Assembly (NCBI GenBank): GCA_041752695.1
Contig: JBGSVZ010000117.1
Coordinates: forward strand, 1 to 49,484
Length of the DNA stretch: 49,484 bases
Direction of reading: 5' to 3'
From: Terrimicrobiaceae bacterium
GTDB taxonomy: Bacteria > Verrucomicrobiota > Verrucomicrobiia > Chthoniobacterales > Terrimicrobiaceae
The translations under genes were made by a program, and so were the position numbers. Shown piece by piece: positions 18,418 through 27,563 of the stretch (positions are counted from its first letter, which is position 1; each line of letters starts with the position of its first letter). The notes under the pieces are model-generated. The model did no database searches and was not told the origin of the DNA. It saw nothing but the letters and a program-made list of their open reading frames with translations.

Positions 18418-19830
18418 TCAGGAAAAAGGCAGGCGTGACCCGAAGGAAGCGGCCTTTTTTCGGTCAAGAAGGTGGCATTCACGAGTGGCAGCCTCCGGGC
18501 TGTTGATGGAGAATTCCACTACGGTGTCGCGCTCGTCGGGAAGCGGAAATGTCCAGGAAACTGGAGTTGCGAAATTGAAGAAAATGTCGCGGGGTCCGTC
18601 AAAGGTCTGGATGCCGGGGTTCCAATAGTCGGTGAGGAGGACCTCCGATCCTGTGGCAAGCAGGTGGCCATCGGAGACCGTTCCGCGCAGGCCGGAGAGA
18701 GGGATGTGACCGATGACTGGTTCCATGATGTGAGCGAACAGGCGCCCGCCGCTGGAGGTGAATCGGCCCCATTCTGGTTTGGGATACGGGGCCGCGCCGG
18801 CACCGCGAATCGAGCGTTCGTTGGCTTGGATCCAGTCGCCGACCCCGGAGAGGATACTTCGGGCGGCACCGGGAACTCTGCCCCGGGCGTCCGGGGAAAC
18901 ATTCAACAGAAGGTTGCCGTCTTTTGACACGCAATTGACCAACGCATGGATCACCGAGCGGGCCGACTTCCAGTCGTGGTCGTTCGCACTAAAGCACCAC
19001 GCGTTGTTGAGGGTAAACCAGGCTTCCCATGGCATGGGCTCTCCGGCATCGTCGCAAAGACAGACGGCGGGGATGTTTTGCTCGGTTTGCTCGAAATCTC
19101 CGGCGTACGTGGGTCGTGGGACACGCTTGCGCGGCTCGTTTCCCCAACGGTCGTTGAAGAGCATTCCTGGCTGGAGAGCGCGCAGCCGACGCTGGATTTC
19201 GGTCGCCCCCCACTTTTCCCCGCAATAGTCCCAATAGGAAAAATCCACCACCAGTGAGTCGATGCGACCGTAATCGGAACACAGTTCGATCAACTGTCCG
19301 TGCAGGTAGGAAACATAGCGTGACCAGTCGCAAAATTGGTCTCGCGAGGGTGCCTCGGGATGATGGCGCAGCGGATGCTGCCGATCCCCGGCAGCGGGAT
19401 AATCCGGATGATCCCAGTCCACCAGCGAATAATACAAGCCGACGCTAAGGCCTTCCGTCCGGACCGCATCAACCCATTCCCGAACGAGGTCGCGCCGGGC
19501 GGCGGCCCGGGTGGCCTTGAAGTCCGTGAGAGCGGAGTCAAAGAGGCAAAAGCCATCATGGTGTTTGGCGGTGAGCACGGCGTAGCGGGCTCCCGCCGCA
19601 CGAGCCATGCGCGCCCAATCCACCGCCCAGCCGGGCTCGGGATCAAAGTGGTCGAGGTAGCGGCGGTATTGCTCGCGGCCCAGGCGCTCAACGGAACTCA
19701 CCCATTCCCCGCGTGCTGGCACCGAGTAGAGCCCGAAATGCAGGGACATTCCGAAACGGTCGTTCTGCCAGCGGGCCAGGCCATCACGACTGGACTCGGA
19801 AAGGGCGTGTTCGGAGCCGAGTGGATGCAT
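18418..19830 (-). CDS. GH29 alpha-L-fucosidase
   Basis: RFGMSLHFGLYS, LTAKHHDGF, GLYYSLVDW, NDRW, GNLLLNVSP. Confidence 0.93.
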   Translation of the reverse strand: MHPLGSEHALSESSRDGLARWQNDRFGMSLHFGLYSVPARGEWVSSVERLGREQYRRYLDHFDPEPGWAVDWARMARAAGARYAVLTAKHHDGFCLFDSALTDFKATRAAARRDLVREWVDAVRTEGLSVGLYYSLVDWDHPDYPAAGDRQHPLRHHPEAPSRDQFCDWSRYVSYLHGQLIELCSDYGRIDSLVVDFSYWDYCGEKWGATEIQRRLRALQPGMLFNDRWGNEPRKRVPRPTYAGDFEQTEQNIPAVCLCDDAGEPMPWEAWFTLNNAWCFSANDHDWKSARSVIHALVNCVSKDGNLLLNVSPDARGRVPGAARSILSGVGDWIQANERSIRGAGAAPYPKPEWGRFTSSGGRLFAHIMEPVIGHIPLSGLRGTVSDGHLLATGSEVLLTDYWNPGIQTFDGPRDIFFNFATPVSWTFPLPDERDTVVEFSINSPEAATRECHLLDRKKAASFGSRLPFS

Positions 19831-19865
19831 GAGAATCTTGGTGGGAGTGGGTTTCCTCCCGGGCT

Positions 19866-20603
19866 CTAATCCCCGAGAGTGACCGTCAGTTCCAAGGGAA
19901 TCTTAGTGTCATCGGGCACGGAGGTGAGGCCAGCGAACGGATAAAAGCTCATGGCCGTCTTCCCGGTGACAACTGCGGGACCCGACTGATTGTATGGTTT
20001 GAAATCCCGGGAGTACTCGATGGTGAGCCGTTTGTCGTTCGGGCCGTAGAGAACCACCGGATTGATGTCGGGTTCCACCTCGGCCGCATCGGCGTTGGTT
20101 TGGTTGAAATTCACGGGCAGCAAGGCCGAGAGACCCCCCTCTTCAGGGAAGCTCCTGGCGGAGAACTCATAGGAGAGGAGCGGGCCTTTCGGTTTGCAGA
20201 CGATGAGCAATTTCACAACAAGATTGGGCGCATTGATCGAAACTTCGTAGGCCTTGTCCATCCCCTCGCGGGTCTCCTTGATTTCGGTGGTGACTGCTTC
20301 GTCTTTGATCCATCCGGCGTGCTCGTGAGTGACTTGCCCGGCATCGTCGACGAGCTGTTTCTGGAGGATAAACTCCCCGATGTTGTCGAGGAGAATCTTT
20401 CCATCCTTGCCGTGCAGGCCGACTAGAAATCCCTTTTGATGGATGAAAAATCCGTAGTTAGGCATCGAAACCTCGTAGGCGATTTGGCTTCCGAGGGAGG
20501 CGTCCGCGGCAAGTTCATCGATGGTTGAGGGTGGCACGGTTTCTGCCAGGAGGAGGCTGGGAATCAGCGCGATGATTAATGGGAGGTATTTTGAGGTTTT
20601 CAT
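19866..20603 (-). CDS. Secreted hypothetical protein, homologous to the C-terminal domain of the upstream GH2
   Basis: Signal peptide MKTSKYLPLIIALIPSLLLA. IAY...YG...GKDGK...GEFIL aligns with the GH2 tail. Confidence 0.8.
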   Translation of the reverse strand: MKTSKYLPLIIALIPSLLLAETVPPSTIDELAADASLGSQIAYEVSMPNYGFFIHQKGFLVGLHGKDGKILLDNIGEFILQKQLVDDAGQVTHEHAGWIKDEAVTTEIKETREGMDKAYEVSINAPNLVVKLLIVCKPKGPLLSYEFSARSFPEEGGLSALLPVNFNQTNADAAEVEPDINPVVLYGPNDKRLTIEYSRDFKPYNQSGPAVVTGKTAMSFYPFAGLTSVPDDTKIPLELTVTLGD

Positions 20604-20614
20604 AAGTTCAATTT

Positions 20615-23600
20615 TCAGGGCATTCCGAGTTCCCACCAGAGGGTTTCGTTTTCTCCGGTTGCCATGGGAGGCGCGTTTTTGGGTGGCGAAACCAGGTTGA
20701 TGTCATGATCGCCGACATAATAGCTAAATACCCAGGTGAGGTAACGACGGTCAAAGTTGAATTGGGCGGTGCCCGAAGGGATGTTGACCGGCACCGGCAT
20801 TTCATTGACTTGGGCGCCCTTGGTGTCCGCGCCTTCCAATTGGAGACCGGTGACCAGGCGGATTTGGTCGGTTTCGGGCGGTAACTCGCGAGGTGTGTAG
20901 GAAACCTCGCAGCGCAGGGCGCCCCCCGAGGCGGTGAGAGTGACCAGATAGTCAAGTTGTTCCGTTTTGCCGCGGATCTCATGAATCGTGCGACCGGCCT
21001 CGCGGCGCGTGCTAATCTCTGGTTTCTGGCGCGCCTGGCGGGCGAGGATGGTGCGGGTGCCGCCTTCCGGCGAGGTTTCCAGAATCCAACCCCGCGATGA
21101 CGCGAAGCGCTTGCCGTCCTTGCCGTAGATGGACGCAATCGTGCCGTCGGTCAGCAGCACGTAACCGAAGGATTCTGTGCGCCCGTGGTAGGCCACGCGA
21201 TCGGGGCGGACACTTTCGGGCAGCACGCTTTCCAAGGGCGCAAGCGCTGGCGTGGGAGCGGCCTGACGTCTCGCGGCGGTGATGCCGAGCACAAACGGAT
21301 GGCCTGAGCCCTCATCGCCGGTGGAGATGATATCGATGGACTCGATGGTTTTATCCGGGTGCGGGTTGTCCCACGCCATTTGAAAAACTCCGACGTCGCT
21401 GCCTCCTGTAGCCGAGGAGTCCCGAGTCCGTTTGGTGCCTCCAAGCCATGCCACGGTGGCACCGGGCATGAAAGTTTCGCCGCGTTCCACCGCTCTGGCA
21501 TCGACCCAATCGAGGATGTTTTCCCGAGGCTTCACACGCAAATCAACGAAGGGGTCCGGCTGACCAGGGATCCATTTGGCGCGATCTTCCTTGTAATAGA
21601 CCCGGTAGGTGAAGCCGGGGACTCCCCAGACCGAGACGTGCAAGAAATAAAGCCGATCCGCCTTGGTATTGACTGAGATGCCCTCGACGCGGTCGGGGAG
21701 GTCTTCCAATTTGGGTGAAGCTCCGTTTAGGGCGATCATCGAATTTCCCGCCGCTTTGGCGGGAGGGGTGATGAAATATTCCACCCCGCGCAAGTTCTGG
21801 TGACCGGTCGGAAATTCACGGAGGTCGTTGTTGGATCCGCTGCCGTTCCATCCACGTGGGACACCGGCTTCGTCGCTGTCCGAAAGCGACCGGTTCACAA
21901 ATTTCGTCAGGTCCACTGTCTGGAATTCCCACTTTTCCTTGTCCCCCTGCCCCCCGCCTCCGGGCTCCAAGGTTCCGCCCAAGTTGGAGAGGACCGTTGA
22001 AGTGATGCGAGAAAGCGTCGGCAGTGGCGTGACGAGCCCCATCGTTTGATCCAAGACCACGCGGCCCTTCCCCACGGGCAGTTCCGCCAGGTAGGCTGGT
22101 TCGACGAGCGGGCGGAGGGACGGGCCGGACACTTTACTAAGTCCAGTGAACGGTCCTTCGCCGCGGGCGCGGATCCGGTCGTTGAAATTGTCCTCGGGAG
22201 TGACGAGAAGGAAGTCGGCGTGTCCGAGTCCGGCCGTGACCGGGGAATTCCACTCGTTGAGTCGTGCAAATTGGTGGGGGTAGGCCGCCACCTGGATCTC
22301 TGTCTCGAGCAGGCCCGAGAGCCAGTCGGCTCCGGCGGTGTCGAGGCCGGTCACATAGAGCGATGCGCCCTCCGTGAGAGAGCGGCGCAATTCCCCGGCT
22401 ACCTTGTCCACTTTCGGGCGGAGGGACGCATCGCCGCCGTCGAGAACGATGAGCGGGGCCTTGGCGATTTGTTCTCTGGAGGGTGCCTCCGTTACGTCAC
22501 CCTGAAGTCCCAGCCGGGCGGTCAGGGGCCGGACCACCTCCGATCTCCGGGCAATGACAAGGGCGGGACGGCGTGGAAAAGGGGAGGGTTCGGCGGTCCA
22601 AGCGAGAATGTTTGCCAACATCCGGTCAGCCGCCGGATCGAGTCCGAGAGCGCGATCCAGATTCATTTGGACAAAAAGTACGCGGCCCTTGCCTTCTCCC
22701 ACTTCGAGGATCGGAGCGCTTTTCACCGTGGTCACATGGACTCGGAAGTTGCCGGTAGCGGGAGTATCCAGCGGGTGGAGGCTGACCAGTTGATCGGCTT
22801 CGCGGGTCTGCCAGGCGCGAAAATCTTCCGTGGCAAGGCCCCTGGTGAGAGGGGAGTCGAAATCCATCGTGGCCGCGTGAGAGTTAAACTCGCGGCTTTG
22901 GGAGAGCCGGGTCCGAAGAAATTGCGGCAGGGACGTTTGCGAAAGGATGATCATCCTCCCTCCGCTGGACACTTTCGGCGCCAGTCCCGCCAGTTCGGAG
23001 GCCGGGACACCTGCCAGTGCCTCCGGGCCGACCAACAAAGTATTTTCGGCGGAGGGTACCCAGGCGCCCATATTGTCCAGTCGGCGAAAAGCGATGCCTT
23101 GTTTGCCGAGGAAGTCCGCCACGTGGCCGGTCGGATCAAAAACATCAAGGGACTGTCCAGGGGAAAGAACGAACGAAGATTTCGGGAAAACCCTTAGGCT
23201 GATGTCGTCGGCAAACCAGCCCGTACTTTCCTCCGGCCAGGCGCGGACTTCCAGACGGAGGGTGCCCGCCGCGGCAGATGCCGGGAAATCCATTGGAATG
23301 TCGTGGACGGAAAAGGAAGACGCATTGATGACTTCGATTTTCTCGCCGAGCATCCGCTCGCCATCAAAAAGCCGGACACGAACGTTGATCGTCTTACTTT
23401 CCGGCAGGTTGGAATGCAACTCCAGCGTGGTGCGGACCGGTTCGCCCACTCGGAAGCGGGTCTGGCGGTCTTTCAAAAACACCGTCAAAGGCAGAATGGA
23501 ACGACCGATTCCGCGATCGACATGGATCATGGATCCTTTGAGGCCAGCTTGGCGGACGTTGGCGATCGAACGGGCACGGGTGGCCAGGATGTTGAGGGCG

Positions 23601-26080
23601 TGGAATCGCGACCACCCCTGGTCGGGAAGCTGCGGCAGGCAGGCGTCGTGACCAAGCAGGGCATAGGGCAGACTGGACTCGTAATAATGGCCCTCGGCGA
23701 AAAGTACGGGCGCACCTCCGGCATGGCGGAGCTCGCGGCTGCCTCCCGGGAGCAATTGCGTGGCTGAACCCAGTTCGCGACGGTCAAGGGTCCAGCTTGC
23801 CGCGGGCTCCGCCTCGGGCCGGTCCAAATAGTAGCCGGAAGTTCGCAAATACGACGGCCGCCTTTCAGGGTGGCCGAACCAAAAATCCGTGCGGTTATTC
23901 CAGGCTCCCCAGCCATGCGCATTGAGCACCTCCGCATCCGCAGCGGATGGGGAAGAGCCTCCGACGGTCACGAGTCGTGTGGGATCCATTTCTCGGATGG
24001 ATTGCATGAGACCTCCCATCAGGACGTCTTCGCCATCTCGGCGGAAGGCCAGTTCATTGGCGATATCCCACATTACCACGGACGGGTGATTGGAATAGGT
24101 GGTCGTAGCTTGCCGCCAGGTCGAACGCAGCCGCGCCCACATTTCCGGCCGTTCCCACGCATAGTTATCCGCGCCGTGCGCGTTGAGGTTCCAGTCGGCG
24201 GATTTCAGCAAATAGCCGGTCTCATCCGCGGCGTTCATGGCTGCGACGCCATTCGACGTCCCGCCGCCCACGACCGTCGATCCTGTATAGCCATGGCGAA
24301 CAAAATTGTAGGGGTGCGGTTTCACCGGCCAGAGCATGTTGGTGACGTAAACATGGCTGCCGCCAAGTAGTTGCAGCTGGTGCCCATTGAGGGCAAACGA
24401 GCCGTCTTTGAGACCAAATTCGCGGAAACCAAAGCGTTCCCGGAAGGTGTCAACTATCGTCCCCGCACTCACCAGTTCGGCCCGCAGCTCCAAAAGCCTG
24501 GGCGACGACGGACTCCAAAGTGGGGCCTCCGACCAGGGCAGGGAAAATGATGCGACCCCATTCGCGACTGTAGCTTCGCCGAGATCCAGAACCCTCTGCC
24601 CCGCATCGAACACCGCGGCCCGGACCGTGCCTTTCCAAGACGGGCTCACGAAAACCCGGGCCGAGATTTTTTTTTCCGGCGCGACGAGGGTCTCGATGAC
24701 CACGCGGTCCACTGCTGCTTCGGGCACGGCTTCGAGCTCGGGAATGGAATCGAAAGAGATCCCCAGCGCGTTGGTTGTTCCCATGGGAGCGGCCGCGGAC
24801 CGGCCTGATGCCTGCATCGGGCCTGCGGGTGGGACTTTGACGCCATCGACCAATCCCACGATGTAGTCGGTAACCCCTATGTGCAGGGTGTGCTCGCTGC
24901 CCGGCCGCAGAGAACCCGGGATATCAAATTTGGCCGGCAGTTCCCAGTTGTTGGCCTGGCCGATCTCTTCGCCGTCCCACAGGATACGCCCGTGGTAGTG
25001 GAGATTGGTCGGGATAAACACCCGGAGCCTCCGGGCGGGATCCCAGCTGTCTGGAATCCTCACTGTTCTTTTTACCCACATCCAGTGGCTACGATATTCG
25101 GCATCCGATGGGGAAAAAGGGATGCCCGGCACCGGCTTCCACCCCTCGTTCGGTGGTGAGGACTTCCCGATCGGTCCACTCGCGAAAACGTACTCCCATC
25201 CGCCGTCGAGTCGCAGGACCTCCGGTCGGGCCCGTAGCGAGCGAGCAGGTTCAACCACATCCCAGTATTCGAGGCTGGAACGGCCCCCAACCGAGAACCT
25301 CTGGCGAATCCGGTAGGTCTCCGAAGGTAAAGTCGCGGGGGCCGGAGAAAATTTTCCCCTGGCCGCCAACTCGAAGGCCTCTCCCCCCGAGCCCAGGGGG
25401 ACTCCGAAATAATCCTCCGCCCGCCATTCCCAGCGGCCTTTTTGCGCCAGGGAGGAACGGTTTTCCAATTGCGCCGCACCAAGCGCCGTTCGGCGCATAT
25501 CCATCACTTCATCGGGGGTGGCAGGGCGCACCCTAAGACGCCCGAAGCCGTTTTCGTAAACGTGGGGAATATCGGCGGACTCAATCGACAGCTTAATCTC
25601 TTTGCCAAACGCCGGCAGCAACACCCAACTCTCTCCACTGGCCCACAAATCTCCCCGCCCTTCGCGGCTCATCGCATTCAATTTTTCACCATTGACCTGC
25701 ACAGAGGTCAGCACCCGGCCTTCGTCCGCCTCCAACACCAGCGGCCACCTGTCACCCGTCATTTGATCGGGCAGGGAAACGACTGCCTCCCACGCCAGAC
25801 GACCGCCCTTCACTCGGGACGTGCGCGCCTCTGTGGAAAAGATGTCGCGGACCGATTTCCCGTCCGCGCTAACAAGCTTGTCCGTGATGTCGATCTCCCA
25901 CTCGGGCCGGGGCACCAAGCGCTCGTGCGCCGCCTCGAACGCTTCCCAGACATCCCCACTGAATGCGGGCGTCGATAAGACTCCGGTGCATACTATTAAA
26001 AAACCAACTGCGGCAAGGCAGGATCCCGAAGTAAAACGAAGACCGCACGGGGGGAACAATTTCGTCATCTCCCAAGACAT
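20615..26080 (-). CDS. Large secreted multidomain GH2-family glycoside hydrolase
   Basis: Signal peptide; LRLDGGWEY, LWSPSSPRL, RFGFREF, NHPSVVMWDIANE (acid/base) and PVLFAEG (likely nucleophile), followed by ~900 aa of accessory modules. Confidence 0.88.
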   Translation of the reverse strand: MSWEMTKLFPPCGLRFTSGSCLAAVGFLIVCTGVLSTPAFSGDVWEAFEAAHERLVPRPEWEIDITDKLVSADGKSVRDIFSTEARTSRVKGGRLAWEAVVSLPDQMTGDRWPLVLEADEGRVLTSVQVNGEKLNAMSREGRGDLWASGESWVLLPAFGKEIKLSIESADIPHVYENGFGRLRVRPATPDEVMDMRRTALGAAQLENRSSLAQKGRWEWRAEDYFGVPLGSGGEAFELAARGKFSPAPATLPSETYRIRQRFSVGGRSSLEYWDVVEPARSLRARPEVLRLDGGWEYVFASGPIGKSSPPNEGWKPVPGIPFSPSDAEYRSHWMWVKRTVRIPDSWDPARRLRVFIPTNLHYHGRILWDGEEIGQANNWELPAKFDIPGSLRPGSEHTLHIGVTDYIVGLVDGVKVPPAGPMQASGRSAAAPMGTTNALGISFDSIPELEAVPEAAVDRVVIETLVAPEKKISARVFVSPSWKGTVRAAVFDAGQRVLDLGEATVANGVASFSLPWSEAPLWSPSSPRLLELRAELVSAGTIVDTFRERFGFREFGLKDGSFALNGHQLQLLGGSHVYVTNMLWPVKPHPYNFVRHGYTGSTVVGGGTSNGVAAMNAADETGYLLKSADWNLNAHGADNYAWERPEMWARLRSTWRQATTTYSNHPSVVMWDIANELAFRRDGEDVLMGGLMQSIREMDPTRLVTVGGSSPSAADAEVLNAHGWGAWNNRTDFWFGHPERRPSYLRTSGYYLDRPEAEPAASWTLDRRELGSATQLLPGGSRELRHAGGAPVLFAEGHYYESSLPYALLGHDACLPQLPDQGWSRFHALNILATRARSIANVRQAGLKGSMIHVDRGIGRSILPLTVFLKDRQTRFRVGEPVRTTLELHSNLPESKTINVRVRLFDGERMLGEKIEVINASSFSVHDIPMDFPASAAAGTLRLEVRAWPEESTGWFADDISLRVFPKSSFVLSPGQSLDVFDPTGHVADFLGKQGIAFRRLDNMGAWVPSAENTLLVGPEALAGVPASELAGLAPKVSSGGRMIILSQTSLPQFLRTRLSQSREFNSHAATMDFDSPLTRGLATEDFRAWQTREADQLVSLHPLDTPATGNFRVHVTTVKSAPILEVGEGKGRVLFVQMNLDRALGLDPAADRMLANILAWTAEPSPFPRRPALVIARRSEVVRPLTARLGLQGDVTEAPSREQIAKAPLIVLDGGDASLRPKVDKVAGELRRSLTEGASLYVTGLDTAGADWLSGLLETEIQVAAYPHQFARLNEWNSPVTAGLGHADFLLVTPEDNFNDRIRARGEGPFTGLSKVSGPSLRPLVEPAYLAELPVGKGRVVLDQTMGLVTPLPTLSRITSTVLSNLGGTLEPGGGGQGDKEKWEFQTVDLTKFVNRSLSDSDEAGVPRGWNGSGSNNDLREFPTGHQNLRGVEYFITPPAKAAGNSMIALNGASPKLEDLPDRVEGISVNTKADRLYFLHVSVWGVPGFTYRVYYKEDRAKWIPGQPDPFVDLRVKPRENILDWVDARAVERGETFMPGATVAWLGGTKRTRDSSATGGSDVGVFQMAWDNPHPDKTIESIDIISTGDEGSGHPFVLGITAARRQAAPTPALAPLESVLPESVRPDRVAYHGRTESFGYVLLTDGTIASIYGKDGKRFASSRGWILETSPEGGTRTILARQARQKPEISTRREAGRTIHEIRGKTEQLDYLVTLTASGGALRCEVSYTPRELPPETDQIRLVTGLQLEGADTKGAQVNEMPVPVNIPSGTAQFNFDRRYLTWVFSYYVGDHDINLVSPPKNAPPMATGENETLWWELGMP

Positions 26081-26115
26081 TCCGCCCTCCGACGGGGTCC
26101 CTCAAGGGAAGGAAA

Positions 26116-26131
26116 ATTCATACGTTTGAAA
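26116..26131. promoter_or_regulatory. Putative LacI-family operator ATTCATACGTTTGAAA
   Basis: Differs from the 8832 site at two positions; lies ~35 nt upstream of the GH2 start. Confidence 0.7.
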
Positions 26132-26219
26132 TCTGACGAAGCGCTCGGGATGGGACAATTCTTCGAGTGGGAAATTCCCAGACTGCGGCGCTATCAGTCG
26201 ATGGGTTTGCAGGGCCGAT

Positions 26220-27392
26220 TTAATGGGAAAACCGAAACTTTTTGCGAAATCCTGAGGGGGTGTCCCCGGCCTCCCTCGTAAAAATCGCATGAAGTTGCTT
26301 GGCTTGGCCAAATCCGCTCAGCTCCGCCACTTCGGCCACGGATAAATCCGTGTCCTTCAGGAGGGCCTTCGCTTTCTCCACTCGCAAGCGCAGCACTTCA
26401 GCATAGGGGGATCTTCCCACTGCTGCCTTAAATCGCTTTTCCAGCATCCGTCTGGAAAGCGGAACCTCGCGCATGATGTCGTCGATCTGCACCGGCTGGT
26501 ACGCCCGCTGCCGGATCGCCCGCAAAGCCCGGACCACCATTTGGTCGTCAACGGCAAGAAGATCGGATGAGGCTCGCACGACCACATGTTTCGGGGGAAT
26601 CAGGATCGGACTTTTCGGAGTGTTTCCGCCAGCGATAAGATCGGCGAGCAGTTCCATTGCGGCATACCCGATTTTGTCAAACTGGGGTTCCACGCTCGAA
26701 AAAGGGATCTCTACCAGGCCATTTGCCATCTCGCTGTTATCCACCCCCACCACCGCGACTTGCTCCGGCACATGGATGTCATTTTGGACGCAGCACCCGA
26801 TCACGTGTCGGGCGTAGAGGTCGGTTGCACAAAAAATCCCAAGGGGAGAGCGTCCTTTCGCGAGAAGCTCGGCAATGCCCGGAATCTCAGTCCGCAGTCG
26901 ACGGCCTACCAAATGGTGGAAATCCGCCCAGAGCCGGTCGGACCGGAAACCAGCCGCTTTTAATGCATCCTCAAATCCCGCCATCCGCAGCTTGGAAAGC
27001 TGGTAATTCTTCAATCCCAAAAACGCGAAATTCCGAAGCCCGCGCTCCAGGAAATGCTCCGCCGCCAGCTTCCCGATGGCGTAGTCGTCGCTCACCACCC
27101 GGGGAATAGCATCGGTCGGCGGCGCGGCGTTGGAAACGTTAACGATGGGGATTTTGGACTTCTCCAGAAACCGGATCATCTTCGGATCGGCGGCGCAGGC
27201 GACAATCCCGTCCCACTTTTCCTTCAGCAACCATTCCATGTTCGTTTCGTCGAACGGAATGTCTGACTCACACACCCAGTCCCCATGAATCCTGACAAAC
27301 TGCCACACCCCGGCCAGAACCGAACGGGTATAATACTGGGAGGTGTCAATCAGCGCCGCGACGTGGTACCGCTTGGCTTGAGAAAAAGTCAT
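26220..27392 (-). CDS. XylR-type regulator (LacI-like sugar-binding domain plus C-terminal AraC HTH)
   Basis: AAEHFLERGLRNF, VPEQVAVVGVDN, IPPKHVVVRASSD, SRRMLEKRF, SGFG...TPSGFRKK. Confidence 0.9.
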   Translation of the reverse strand: MTFSQAKRYHVAALIDTSQYYTRSVLAGVWQFVRIHGDWVCESDIPFDETNMEWLLKEKWDGIVACAADPKMIRFLEKSKIPIVNVSNAAPPTDAIPRVVSDDYAIGKLAAEHFLERGLRNFAFLGLKNYQLSKLRMAGFEDALKAAGFRSDRLWADFHHLVGRRLRTEIPGIAELLAKGRSPLGIFCATDLYARHVIGCCVQNDIHVPEQVAVVGVDNSEMANGLVEIPFSSVEPQFDKIGYAAMELLADLIAGGNTPKSPILIPPKHVVVRASSDLLAVDDQMVVRALRAIRQRAYQPVQIDDIMREVPLSRRMLEKRFKAAVGRSPYAEVLRLRVEKAKALLKDTDLSVAEVAELSGFGQAKQLHAIFTREAGDTPSGFRKKFRFSH

Positions 27393-27563
27393 AACGCGGG
27401 AGAGCTTATGGCTCGGAATTCCGCGATCCAAGATATTCTGGCTGGAATGCCGCATTTTCCTTTCTTGCCAAAGGAAGGTTGGCGGGCATCCGGGGAGAAC
27501 GCTTTCGAAGGACAGAATATTAACACCCGTGGCCACTCACCCAACCCTTTTCGGGTCAGAAGG

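Noticed and set aside
22046..23651. Long antisense ORFs (e.g. 383 aa here; also 445 aa at 37832..39169 and 358 aa at 47166..48242)
   Set aside because: These are shadow frames of GC-rich genes with no motifs.
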